Position numbers and translations under genes: made by a program. 64,000 bases of DNA from Pseudomonadota bacterium (lineage in GTDB: Bacteria > Bdellovibrionota_B > Oligoflexia > Oligoflexales > RGVZ01): NCBI GenBank assembly GCA_041178085.1, contig JBEGVZ010000082.1, positions 1 to 64,000 on the forward strand. Direction: 5' to 3'. Under the pieces are notes generated by a model, which saw nothing but the letters and a program-made list of their open reading frames with translations, made no database searches and had not been told where the DNA came from. This document shows positions 28,164 through 37,420 of this stretch, piece by piece. Within the stretch, counting starts at the first letter, position 1, and every line of letters begins with the position of its first letter.

Positions 28164-29595
28164 CCGCGTTCAAGTACGAGGCGAGTCCAAGCCCGCCCGT
28201 GTTAACTGCATCGATCAAATCGTCCGCAGGTACCCTGCGTCGCGCCGTGAAGCGTTCATAAAAACGCCGGAGCGTGACGTCAGAATCTGCACCGCGGAAA
28301 CATTCCGGCAACCGGTCGAGGCCTTCGATGGCAAGTTCCATCAAACGGGCGCTGGTTTGAGCCAGATCGCTATTTTTAAACCCTTCAGGAACTTTATGCA
28401 AAAGCATCCCGATTCCGCCTGCAAAAGGCTCCAGAAGAGCCAGGGCCTGTTCCCGCGCCCGGGCGTCGTAAAGGAGGCCCGTATAATAGCCTGCAGGGGC
28501 CGCGACCCAGGCAGGGTGCTGGCAGTCGACCGGGCGCTGTTCCAGAAAGCCGCGCGGGCGAACCTCCGGAAACAGCAGGGATAAGTGCGTCTCAAAGTCT
28601 TCCAGCGTCGGGCTGACGCCGAGCCAGGGGCTCTGCATCCAACCTTCCCACGTCAGTCCTGCGTCAGGGACAGAGTAGCCGGCCCCGGCAACGAAAACGA
28701 CCCGGGCATTTTTCGCAAAATCCCAGTAATAACGGACGCATGCGTCGCGATTTAGGGCCTTCATCAGGGGTTCGACCGGGGCAATTCCCGTGCGCGACGG
28801 GTCCAGATTCAACCAGACCTTGGAACGGAAACCTCTCACGCCCGCCGCCTTGCCGTCGACGTAAGGAGAGTTGGCAAAGGTAGCACCGGCAAACGGGGCA
28901 ATGAGCAGGCTCACAAGGTAGCGCCTGGCCATTTCGTCCTCCGAAGACCCAAAGTCCAGATTCACCTGCACTGTGCACGTCTGCCGCATCATGCGAGGAC
29001 CGAAAGGCCCGATGCGCGAGAAGTACTTGTTCATCGCCACATAGCGCGGCTTGTCCATCTGCAAACCGATCTGCTCCGGCGTGTACCAGGGATTGATACC
29101 GGTCTGAACAAGCTCAATGCCGAACCCGCGCAAATGACGCGCTACTTTGTCCCGGACCTGAACAAGCCGGTTCAATGCATCGGAAAGACAGGGAAACGGT
29201 GCTGACGAAAATTCAATCTGTCCGCCAGGTTCAAAGGTAATCCAGTCGGGCAGGGAGGATGCGCCGGGGACTCCGATTTTCAAAAGCCTGGCGGAGGGTC
29301 CGGATCCTGAAAACTCACAGTTCCAGCCTTCCCGCGCCGCCAGCGGTAAAAGAGACCCTGCCAGCGATTCACCATTGGCATCGGGAACATGCAGCGGGAC
29401 CATGATCGGCGCAGCACTGCGGCTCGCGCCCGGACGCACGGGCAGCATCTCCAACTCAAGACCAACTTCTCCCGGCCACAAACCAAAGCGCTCATCGTAG
29501 CGTGCTGGTCGCATCCGGAAAGTTTTTTCCGTCAACAATTCCAGGCACTGCTCAGTGAGCTTTGCGGCGCTTGTCGATTTCGTGGGATCAGCCAA
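28153..29595 (-). CDS. gshA: Glutamate--cysteine ligase (GCS2/plant-like type)
   Basis: VGLELE, TFEPGGQIEFS, KPRY, MMRQTCTVQVNLDF, FANSP, HLSLLFPEVRPRGFLE.R. Confidence 0.85.
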   Translation of the reverse strand: MADPTKSTSAAKLTEQCLELLTEKTFRMRPARYDERFGLWPGEVGLELEMLPVRPGASRSAAPIMVPLHVPDANGESLAGSLLPLAAREGWNCEFSGSGPSARLLKIGVPGASSLPDWITFEPGGQIEFSSAPFPCLSDALNRLVQVRDKVARHLRGFGIELVQTGINPWYTPEQIGLQMDKPRYVAMNKYFSRIGPFGPRMMRQTCTVQVNLDFGSSEDEMARRYLVSLLIAPFAGATFANSPYVDGKAAGVRGFRSKVWLNLDPSRTGIAPVEPLMKALNRDACVRYYWDFAKNARVVFVAGAGYSVPDAGLTWEGWMQSPWLGVSPTLEDFETHLSLLFPEVRPRGFLEQRPVDCQHPAWVAAPAGYYTGLLYDARAREQALALLEPFAGGIGMLLHKVPEGFKNSDLAQTSARLMELAIEGLDRLPECFRGADSDVTLRRFYERFTARRRVPADDLIDAVNTGGLGLASYLNAGDR

Positions 29596-29655
29596 TGTCG
29601 CGAGCCAGTACTTCCTGACGCATCGAGTGGTGGTTTCAGGGTGGAAAGCGGGTGA

Positions 29656-30078
29656 TCAATTACCCACAGCTTCCACGTTGATGGCCAGCTCGGTTATACC
29701 GCTTTTGCGAACAAGATCAATGACTTTCACTACGATTCCATGCGGAGTCGCGGCGTCGGCAGAAATCAATGCCTGCAAGTTGGTCCCCGCGGGCTGACTG
29801 CCTTTGAAAGTCGTGATCTTTTCCCCGATCTGGTCAACCTCAACGGGCTGGCCGTCCATGTAAACCTTGGACTCCTTGTCGATGACAAAGGCAAGGTTCC
29901 TGGATTCAATCGCCTGACCAGTGTCAGCCTTGGGCAGTTGAATGTTGATCGACTGGTTGACCATGTAATTTGCGGTCACCATGAAAATCACCAGAAGCAC
30001 CAGCATGACGTCCACGAAGGGGGTCACGTTGATTTCAGTGATTGCATCGTCGCCGTTGTCCGAAATCCTGCCTGCCAT
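29656..30078 (-). CDS. exbD: ExbD/TolR family protein
   Basis: EINVTPFVDVMLVLLVIFMV, ISAD..TPHG.VV.VID. Confidence 0.9.
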   Translation of the reverse strand: MAGRISDNGDDAITEINVTPFVDVMLVLLVIFMVTANYMVNQSINIQLPKADTGQAIESRNLAFVIDKESKVYMDGQPVEVDQIGEKITTFKGSQPAGTNLQALISADAATPHGIVVKVIDLVRKSGITELAINVEAVGN

Positions 30079-30116
30079 GTCTGCCGCCTCCTGCCCGGAT
30101 GATCCAGAACGTCGTA

Positions 30117-30788
30117 CTACTCGTTCGACGTACCACCGACGTGAGCCATGAACAGCTTCACCACCGCTTCTGCGTTGGATACGTGACGGCGCACGATTCG
30201 CTGAAAGTAGTTGAAGGCAACAACGGCGGGAATGGCCACCAGCAAGCCGACCGCCGTGGCGATCAGTGCCTCGGAAATGCCGGCCATGACCACGGATGGT
30301 CCACCGGCCGGGTTACGCGCAAGGTCCTGGAAGGCAATGATGATCCCGAGCACGGTGCCGAACAGCCCGATAAAGGGCGTGTTGTTGCCAAGGGTGCCCA
30401 GGATCACGACACCGCGGTCCAGGTTCTGCCGCTCGCTGATGACGTAAGCCAGCATGCTTTCTTCCATCGCCCGGCGGCCCCGAGCCCGATGTTCCAGGCC
30501 GCGCAGGACCACCTGGCTTTCCATCGCCGGGCTCTGCGCGCACAGCTTCACCAGCGAAGTCTCGTCCTTGTCCATCAGAGCTTTGCCCAGTCGATCCGAA
30601 AACTCAGCAAAATCGAGCTTGGATTTGCGAAAGTAGAGAGCCCGTTCGATCATGATTGCCACGGAAAGAACACTCAAACCGATCAGGAGCCACAAAACCC
30701 AGGCACTGCCCAGCATGGTGATGCCAAGCAACTTCTGGACGATACTAAAGCCTGCTTCTGGTGCCATTTCTGCTCCCTTGGTCGTCAA
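30117..30788 (-). CDS. exbB: MotA/TolQ/ExbB proton channel family protein
   Basis: LGTLGNNTPFIGLFGTVLGII, GISEALIATAVGLLVAIPA. Confidence 0.9.
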   Translation of the reverse strand: MTTKGAEMAPEAGFSIVQKLLGITMLGSAWVLWLLIGLSVLSVAIMIERALYFRKSKLDFAEFSDRLGKALMDKDETSLVKLCAQSPAMESQVVLRGLEHRARGRRAMEESMLAYVISERQNLDRGVVILGTLGNNTPFIGLFGTVLGIIIAFQDLARNPAGGPSVVMAGISEALIATAVGLLVAIPAVVAFNYFQRIVRRHVSNAEAVVKLFMAHVGGTSNE

Positions 30789-30808
30789 ATCAACATGAGG
30801 TCAAAAAA

Positions 30809-31474
30809 TCAGTCCAGGAATCCGCCGATCACCTGGTTCTCCCAGGACGACCCGCCGAGCCCATTGTAAACCCAACTCAGGCCAAGTCCAAAAGCACTGA
30901 ATGCACGTTTCTCCCGGTCGGCATCCGCCGTTTGCTTGCCTTCCGTCCACATGCGTTCCGCGAACAACTGCACCTGCGTGATCACCGTCCCGCCGGCACG
31001 TGGCTGGCCGACCGTAGCCCCTAGGGTAATTCCTCCAGCAGGCCCCTGCCAGTTCCCTTTCAAAAGGCCTTTGCCCACTGCCGCGTGATTGATGCCGTTG
31101 TAATAGCCTGTCCCGCCGTAGAGCCCCGCGTAAACGATGTTGCTGAACCGCAGGGCAACGGTACCGCCAAGCAAGGCCAACGACGCGTCCTCGCCCGTCA
31201 TTTTTGCGGGACCCAAGTTGCCCGGCGTGTACTGCCCTAGCAGAGCAACGTCCAGGATCCGCCCAATGGAATACCCGGCGGCCAGACCGACTCCGTAACC
31301 TTGAAAGTTCGGGGTATCTTCCCGCGCCTGCGGCACCATGGAAAAAAAACGCCATGCTGGCCCTCCCTGGACCAGAGCCCCTGCCTTGGCATCCGAAGCG
31401 CCCAACAAGGATCCCCAGCCCGCAATCAGCGCAAGACCCAGGGCGCGTATTTGATGGGATCTACAGGACTTCAT
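30809..31474 (-). CDS. Putative outer-membrane beta-barrel protein
   Basis: Signal peptide ending AKA; Gly/aromatic alternating strands; ATG overlaps the upstream TGA (ATGA). Confidence 0.5.
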   Translation of the reverse strand: MKSCRSHQIRALGLALIAGWGSLLGASDAKAGALVQGGPAWRFFSMVPQAREDTPNFQGYGVGLAAGYSIGRILDVALLGQYTPGNLGPAKMTGEDASLALLGGTVALRFSNIVYAGLYGGTGYYNGINHAAVGKGLLKGNWQGPAGGITLGATVGQPRAGGTVITQVQLFAERMWTEGKQTADADREKRAFSAFGLGLSWVYNGLGGSSWENQVIGGFLD

Positions 31475-31977
31475 GCGGCGCAGCGGATTGCCTCCACCAG
31501 ACGGCGGCGGTACTCGGAAAAAGGCATCAACTGGTCCTTGAACCGGTGCGATGAAACCTTGGGCATGCCACCAGGGATGGGTGACGCAACCACGTTCACA
31601 ACGTCCCAAAATTCCCCGGCCCGCATGAAAGTATCTTTGGCGACGATCTTGTCAGCCCGGGCAATGACCCAACCCGTCCCGCCGCGTTCAAACAAGAAGC
31701 CGGACTGGTTCAGGGGCTGCAAGTACAGGTACGGACGCTCAGAGTCGAGCATGCCGGTTTCCAGCAGGTAACCCTGCGCGTTCCTTTCAAAGGGGGCACC
31801 GCCGAACTCCATGACCGCAAGGTCGCGCAAGCGGGCGAACCAAGTGTCGGCCGCCTCTTCCGGGCTGGGGGCTGGAATGGCAGCGGGTGGGAGCCGCCGG
31901 CTAGCCGGGGCCTTGCGCCGGCCGGCAACCCGGTCGACGAACTTCTTTATTCCGGGGGCAAAATCGAGAATCGACAT
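31471..31977 (-). CDS. Hypothetical protein
   Basis: ORF with normal codon pattern, coupled to the downstream gene. Confidence 0.55.
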   Translation of the reverse strand: MSILDFAPGIKKFVDRVAGRRKAPASRRLPPAAIPAPSPEEAADTWFARLRDLAVMEFGGAPFERNAQGYLLETGMLDSERPYLYLQPLNQSGFLFERGGTGWVIARADKIVAKDTFMRAGEFWDVVNVVASPIPGGMPKVSSHRFKDQLMPFSEYRRRLVEAIRCAA

Positions 31978-31982
31978 ACCTG

Positions 31983-32011
31983 TTGACACCTCGAAATGAT
32001 TTCCCTATTTA
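31983..32011 (+). promoter_or_regulatory. Putative sigma70 promoter of tRNA-Gly
   Basis: TTGACA(31983-31988)-N17-TATTTA(32006-32011). Confidence 0.5.
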
Positions 32012-32028
32012 TCTCTTCGCATTCGACC

Positions 32029-32105
32029 GCGGGAGTAGCTCAGTTGGCTAGAGCGTCGCGTTGCCATCGCGAAGGTCGAGGGTTCGAGTCCCTTTTCCCG
32101 CTCCA
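32029..32105 (+). tRNA. tRNA-Gly (anticodon GCC)
   Basis: Cloverleaf: acceptor GCGGGAG/TTCCCGC, D arm GCTC/GAGC, anticodon stem TCGCG/CGCGA with loop TT-GCC-AT, T arm GAGGG-TTCGAGT-CCCTT, discriminator T, encoded CCA. Confidence 0.97.
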
Positions 32106-32113
32106 CTTTTTCC

Positions 32114-33721
32114 CTACAAGTTCGCGACTCTAACCCCGACAATGTTCGGCAGGGCTGACATCGATTTGACGTCGATCTGTTCCCGTTGTGCGTCCACCTT
32201 GATCAAGGCCATCGCCTTGCCGCCCTTCCGGTTGCGGCTCAGTTCAAAGCTATCGATGTTGATCCCTTTCGAAGCCAGGTAATGGCCGACATCGCCAATG
32301 ACACCGGGCTTGTCGTGGTTTTCAACCAGGATCAAGGTCCCGCTGGGATCTGTCTCAAACATGAAATCGTTGACCGTCGAAATGCGCAAGTAAGACTCAT
32401 CAAACACAATACCACCAACGGTGAGGTTTCGACCGTTGCTGCCGCTCAACGTGACCCGCAGGGCCGATTTGTAGCTCTGGGAATCGGAGTCCTCGGCTTC
32501 CGCCACGGCAAGCCCCAACTTTTCGATGTGGGTATTGACGTTGACGAAAGAAACGTAATCGTCCACCACATGGCCAACGTAACCCTTCATCCAGCTCAAG
32601 CGGATCAGGCTGTGATCCAGCCGGGCAAGGTCCCCCCGGTACCCAAGTTCCACGCGCGACGGATTGAAGTCCACCATCTGCCCCATCAGCGCACCGAGTT
32701 TTTCAGCCAGAAGGGCGTAACTGCGTAGCAGCGGGTTGTCGATCACGCCGACTTCGGGCAGGTTGACCGGGTGGTCCACCACCCCACCTTCAATTGACTT
32801 GAATACCTGCTCGACAATCGTCTCACCGATCGCGAGCTGAGCTTGCTCGGTGGATGCACCAATGTGGGGCGTGCAGACGACATGCGCATGACGCGCCAGG
32901 GCTGCCAAAGGCTTCGGTTCCTTGTCCCACGTATCTATGCCGGCTCCAGCCAGATGACCTGACTCCAGGCGTTCCAGCAGGTCCTTTTCAACGATCACGC
33001 CACCGCGCGCTGCATTGAGCACCCGGCTGCCGCGCGGCATCAGATCCAGGACAGCGCCATCGACCATGCCCTTGGTTTCCGCGTTGAGCGGCACATGCAC
33101 CGTCAATACGTCCACGCTGCGCGCCAGCTCCTGCAGCGTCGCGCATGCTTTTGCGCCGTGACGCTGGAAAACATGCGGCGCGATATACGGGTCGTACGCG
33201 AATACATCCATGTCAAAACCGTGAGCGAATTTCGCCACGCGGTGACCGACATTGCCCAGGCCAACGATGCCAATGCGAAGGCCGCGGGCCTCGTTGCCTG
33301 TGAACCGGTGGCGATCCCAGCCGCCGGCTTTCACCGTGTCGTGGGCATCCGGTATGTTACGCAACGATGCCAGCAACAAGCCCATCGTCAATTCCGCCGC
33401 AGAATTGGTGTTCTTGCCCGGGCAGTTGATGACCAGGATGCCCTTCGCCGTAGCCGCCGGTATGTCGATGTTGCCGACGCCCACAGCGGCTCGCGCGATC
33501 ACGCGGAGGCCGGGAGCGTGGTCCAGAACGACGCGGTCGACATCGGTTTCACTGCGCGTCACCAGGACGTTGGCAGACTTGACCAGATCGAGGAGCTCTC
33601 CCCGTTCGCAATCGGGATGGTATCGAACAGAACAGCCGCCGCGGACGGTCCGCGCGCGGCTGTTAAAGGCTTCAATCGCCTTGGGGTGCAGAGCACCAGT
33701 GATCAGTATGTCGGTCGTCAT
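32114..33721 (-). CDS. serA: D-3-phosphoglycerate dehydrogenase (type I, with ACT domain)
   Basis: ARAAVGVGNID, GIVGLGNVG, LNAARGG, TPHIGAST.QAQ, C-terminal ACT (NHDKPGVIG). Confidence 0.92.
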   Translation of the reverse strand: MTTDILITGALHPKAIEAFNSRARTVRGGCSVRYHPDCERGELLDLVKSANVLVTRSETDVDRVVLDHAPGLRVIARAAVGVGNIDIPAATAKGILVINCPGKNTNSAAELTMGLLLASLRNIPDAHDTVKAGGWDRHRFTGNEARGLRIGIVGLGNVGHRVAKFAHGFDMDVFAYDPYIAPHVFQRHGAKACATLQELARSVDVLTVHVPLNAETKGMVDGAVLDLMPRGSRVLNAARGGVIVEKDLLERLESGHLAGAGIDTWDKEPKPLAALARHAHVVCTPHIGASTEQAQLAIGETIVEQVFKSIEGGVVDHPVNLPEVGVIDNPLLRSYALLAEKLGALMGQMVDFNPSRVELGYRGDLARLDHSLIRLSWMKGYVGHVVDDYVSFVNVNTHIEKLGLAVAEAEDSDSQSYKSALRVTLSGSNGRNLTVGGIVFDESYLRISTVNDFMFETDPSGTLILVENHDKPGVIGDVGHYLASKGINIDSFELSRNRKGGKAMALIKVDAQREQIDVKSMSALPNIVGVRVANL

Positions 33722-34167
33722 AACCGTGCAGGCTCCATTTTCACACTGCCCTTCACCACCTGTCGCTTCTGGCGGTCCGCGCTGTTATTTTCCCCGGTGG
33801 CAGACAGGGCGAATTTTTTTGTGGCGACCAGTTCCCGCTGACCAGCTTTTGCGCTTCGCTTGCGAAAGTCAAACCGGATCGATGGCTCATCACCGACCCT
33901 GATGCTCCGGCGCCAGATCCCGAAGCTGTCCGTTACGCCGAACTGCTGCTTGCCTGACTTTACTTCTGCACCTGCAACTGGATGTCCGTCGTCGTCGATG
34001 ACGCGAATCTCAAAGGTCCGCATGGTGGTCACGGCCGGGCGGGAGAAAGCGACACCGACAGCCACGGAAAAACAGACCAGAAGGGCCGTTCCCGTCATTG
34101 CAAGGCGAGCGGGGCGGCCCGCAGGCAGCCGGGAAAGCAGGGAATGGACAAGGCTGTTCAGGGCCAT
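33718..34167 (-). CDS. Hypothetical membrane-anchored protein with carboxypeptidase-regulatory-like domain
   Basis: TM segment then IRVIDDDGHPVAGAEV..GVTDSFG; 4-nt overlap with the serA start. Confidence 0.5.
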   Translation of the reverse strand: MALNSLVHSLLSRLPAGRPARLAMTGTALLVCFSVAVGVAFSRPAVTTMRTFEIRVIDDDGHPVAGAEVKSGKQQFGVTDSFGIWRRSIRVGDEPSIRFDFRKRSAKAGQRELVATKKFALSATGENNSADRQKRQVVKGSVKMEPARL

Positions 34168-34331
34168 GCAAGCGCTCTCTCGTGTTGGTGCGTGATAATT
34201 TCATGCTAGCGGTGGCCTGATGGCTTAAAAATGGGCACGAAATGCCGGTCAAAAATTGCCCGGTGGCAATTCCGTGGCGGTCTGCAGACAGGACGCAGAA
34301 ATGGCGGAGTGTGGGCAGTTAACGGTATGGC

Positions 34332-35342
34332 TCAGAGCTGGAACACGCTGGCGCAGTTACGGACGGGGCGCAGGGCCTCGCACCGTGCCCTGGCAGCTTC
34401 AATTTCCTTGGCATTCATGACCTTGACACTGGCGGGCTTCATCTGGAAGCGATTCTTGGTCGTGATTAGAATATCCGCTTCGACCTGGTAGAGCTGGTCG
34501 GTCTGGGTCCAGGCATTTTCGCGGCCAATCAGGACCACCCGAAGCCCCTCCCCCTTGATCATGCGCGGCCACTGACTGACCAGACCCTCGTTATCGCGCA
34601 GCTCGACGGAGAAACCGACATCGGCCTCCTTGAGGGCAGGGATCTCCCAGAACTGAACAATGAAGGGCGTGTAGGCGCCGATTGTTGCTTCGACCGGGAT
34701 GCCGAGTTCGGTGGCGGCAAGATTTTTCAAAGCACCCTGGTCCGCCGGACCCATCGGGCAATCATTGGCAAGAATGAATTCGACCAACTTGGGGCGCTGG
34801 TAATTGCTCCCCTTCCAGTCGATCCGCCCTTCACCGCCGCTGCAGGGGAAGCCCATCGCCAGCCAGGCGGAACTGCGTTCAAGGCCGGCCTCGCCAGCGC
34901 GATTGACGCAAGGGCGCATGAATTTTGTCACCATATAGCGGTTGGAAGGACTCATGATCGGCATGCCACCAGCACCGCCTTTGACGGGTTGGCAAAGGTC
35001 AGAGGGCGGAACGACGGTGCCAGCACCGAGTTTCAATCCGTCCGATCCAGACGCAGGGACGGCAGGCGATGCGGGCTGGGACGGGGCGGTGGCAGCTGAT
35101 GGTGAGGACGAAGCCGTAGCCCCGGAACCCGTTGCGACACTCCCGGCAAAGGGCTGAGCATTGGCGGCCATCAGGGGGCCTGATTGCTGAGGAGACGGGC
35201 GCTGGACGTCGCCTCTGTGGGCTCCGGCCGTCCTGCTCTTCGTTAACTTCGATTTGGCATGGCGCAACGTCGTGCAACCGCCAGCAAATGCAGCGGTCAG
35301 CAGAAGGCAGAGCAGGCGCCTATGGTTGAATGAAATCCTCAT
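34332..35342 (-). CDS. Hypothetical lipoprotein
   Basis: Signal with AGGC lipobox, Ala/Ser/Pro linker, globular Cys-containing C-terminal domain. Confidence 0.6.
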   Translation of the reverse strand: MRISFNHRRLLCLLLTAAFAGGCTTLRHAKSKLTKSRTAGAHRGDVQRPSPQQSGPLMAANAQPFAGSVATGSGATASSSPSAATAPSQPASPAVPASGSDGLKLGAGTVVPPSDLCQPVKGGAGGMPIMSPSNRYMVTKFMRPCVNRAGEAGLERSSAWLAMGFPCSGGEGRIDWKGSNYQRPKLVEFILANDCPMGPADQGALKNLAATELGIPVEATIGAYTPFIVQFWEIPALKEADVGFSVELRDNEGLVSQWPRMIKGEGLRVVLIGRENAWTQTDQLYQVEADILITTKNRFQMKPASVKVMNAKEIEAARARCEALRPVRNCASVFQL

Positions 35343-35680
35343 GGCCGGTTTTTCGTCTCTTTTCCAGATTCCTCAAGGGCACTGGCCCCTGGCCAGGAAT
35401 CCTCGAGGGGTAAATCAATCAGGCAGATCACCGGACTCATAGGGGAATCCATGATTTTTAACTTAAATTACAATATGATATGAAGCAACACAAGCCGCCC
35501 AGAGTGGATCACTACAGCATGCCAGAAATCATTAGTTTATAGCCGATCCGCGATTGACAAAGAGATTTCTATTTAATATCAACACTCCTGCTTTGCTGAA
35601 TAGCTTCAAAGCATAGAATTGAATAGTCCCGGCCACGATGGGGAGCCCCGGAGTGGCAGGTTGTTTCGTCAGGAGGATTC

Positions 35681-36121
35681 ATGGCATCGGTGCAACTTCG
35701 TCCAGGTGACACGCTCAACATCGTATGGACTTCGGTCCAGGAAACTCCACTCGGCTTGAAAGAAGTCGAGTCGAACTTTGCTTTCACCTATGACGAACTC
35801 CTCGCTCGCCTCAAAGCAAAAGGCCGCACTGGCAAATCGCGCCGCTCGGGTACCGATGGCGCACGCTTCAGCCGGATTGTGGCACTGGCCACCAACGCAA
35901 TGCGCAAAGGCAAATGGTCTACTGGTGCTGACATCGACCGTGACGTCGTGTTCAACAAGCTGATGCGCAAGTTCAACGAACTGGAAAACCATGAGTACGC
36001 CAATATCACCGCCAACGCGCGTGAAGCCCTGGCTGAACTCCATGACAGCAAGTACCTCAAGCCGAACCAGAAGAAAGACTTGAAAGCCTCCCTCGACGCA
36101 GCCAACATCCCTGTAGGCTGA
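35681..36121 (+). CDS. Small basic hypothetical protein (146 aa)
   Basis: AGGAGG RBS; codon usage biased to AAC/TTC/GAA/CGC; Lys/Arg-rich. Confidence 0.75.
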   Translation: MASVQLRPGDTLNIVWTSVQETPLGLKEVESNFAFTYDELLARLKAKGRTGKSRRSGTDGARFSRIVALATNAMRKGKWSTGADIDRDVVFNKLMRKFNELENHEYANITANAREALAELHDSKYLKPNQKKDLKASLDAANIPVG

Positions 36122-36137
36122 TTGCAGGAGGCGTGAC

Positions 36138-36596
36138 ATGGCAGGCGAAGATCGTTCTTTCCGGATTCTTGGAATCAACCATCTTGGCCTGGCCCCCAAA
36201 GACGCAAACAAGGCCCGGACGTTCTTTACGAGCGCTCTGGGCCTTGGTTTTTTGGGCGAAGAACTGGTCAGAGAACAAATGACCAACACCGTGATGATCG
36301 ACTCCGCGCACGCAACATCAGCGACGATACCGACCGGCAGGCCCATGCTGGAAATCTTAGAGAACGAGTCCGGCAAAGATGGGCCAATCGCGGCCTTTCT
36401 GGCCAAGAAAGGCTCCGGGATCCATCATGTCGCGCTGCAAGTGGACAATGTCGACCATGCGATCTCCTGGATGAAACAAAAAGGCGTCCGCCTGATTGAC
36501 GAGTCTGCAAGAAAGGGCTCGCACAACACAAAGATCGCTTTCATCCACCCAGAAGCCACTGGCGGACTGCTGGTGGAACTGGTGCAGCAACTTTAA
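36138..36596 (+). CDS. mce: Methylmalonyl-CoA epimerase
   Basis: VOC motifs INHLGLA, LEILE, GIHHVALQV, IAFIHPEATGGLLVELVQ. Confidence 0.88.
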   Translation: MAGEDRSFRILGINHLGLAPKDANKARTFFTSALGLGFLGEELVREQMTNTVMIDSAHATSATIPTGRPMLEILENESGKDGPIAAFLAKKGSGIHHVALQVDNVDHAISWMKQKGVRLIDESARKGSHNTKIAFIHPEATGGLLVELVQQL

Positions 36597-37420
36597 TGCC
36601 CGGCCTGATTGATCAAGCCAGGGACTTCCTGCGACAGAGAGCCAATGCAAAACCGGCCGTGTTTATGGTGGCCGGGAGTGGCTTTCGTGATGCGCTGCCC
36701 GCATTGACCGATGAAATCAGGATTCCGATGCAAGAAGTACCGGGCCTGCCAGCACCGGCGGTGGCAGGGCACGGGGCGGATCTGATCTTCGGAAATTTTG
36801 CTGCGGGCGCACGCAAAATCCCCGTCATGATCGCCACAGGACGTGTCCACATTTACGAAGGACGTTCAGCCGGCGATGTCGTTTTTGCTACACGACTGGC
36901 TCATGCGCTGGGTTGCAGCCACGTAGTCCTCACCAACGCCGCAGGCAGCGTGAATCCAGAATTGAGGCCAGGGACCTTGATGGCCCTTGCGGACCAGATC
37001 AACATGACGGGGCACAACTGTGAAAGCGGCCCGAAGCCTGCGGGCCAAGCCGTTCAGTTTACCGACATGACCGAAGCCTATGACCCTGATTGGCGTAGTC
37101 GGGTGCTTGCAAAAGCAGGTCTGCTTGAGGGCGTCTATGCGGGACTAACCGGCCCGAGTTACGAGACATCCGCGGAAACACGCATGATGCGCCTTCTGGG
37201 CGCAGATGTTGTCGGCATGAGCACCGTGCAGGAATGCATTGCGGCACGCACGCTCGGGATGAAAGTCTTTGGCCTTTCGCTGGTCACCAACATGGCCGGG
37301 GGCCTTGGCAAAGGGAAGCTCGACCACCACGATGTCCTCGCATTGGGGCGGGACAAGCAACCTGAAATGCGCGGGGCGTTGACCAAAATCCTGGCAGAGA
37401 TCAAATCTTCCGTCCGTTAA
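36596..37420 (+). CDS. punA: Purine nucleoside phosphorylase (trimeric type)
   Basis: GSG, VAGH, GRVHIYEG, LTNAAGS, GPSYET.AE, GADVVGMSTV.E, VTN.A. Confidence 0.9.
   Translation: MPGLIDQARDFLRQRANAKPAVFMVAGSGFRDALPALTDEIRIPMQEVPGLPAPAVAGHGADLIFGNFAAGARKIPVMIATGRVHIYEGRSAGDVVFATRLAHALGCSHVVLTNAAGSVNPELRPGTLMALADQINMTGHNCESGPKPAGQAVQFTDMTEAYDPDWRSRVLAKAGLLEGVYAGLTGPSYETSAETRMMRLLGADVVGMSTVQECIAARTLGMKVFGLSLVTNMAGGLGKGKLDHHDVLALGRDKQPEMRGALTKILAEIKSSVR

Noticed and set aside
32029..32114. tRNA-Gly as an integration site for a mobile element
   Set aside because: serA ends 8 nt downstream; no integrase and no duplicated tRNA 3' end was seen in the window
35669..36406. 245-aa minus-strand ORF
   Set aside because: Antisense to two plus-strand genes that have strong RBSs and better codon or motif support
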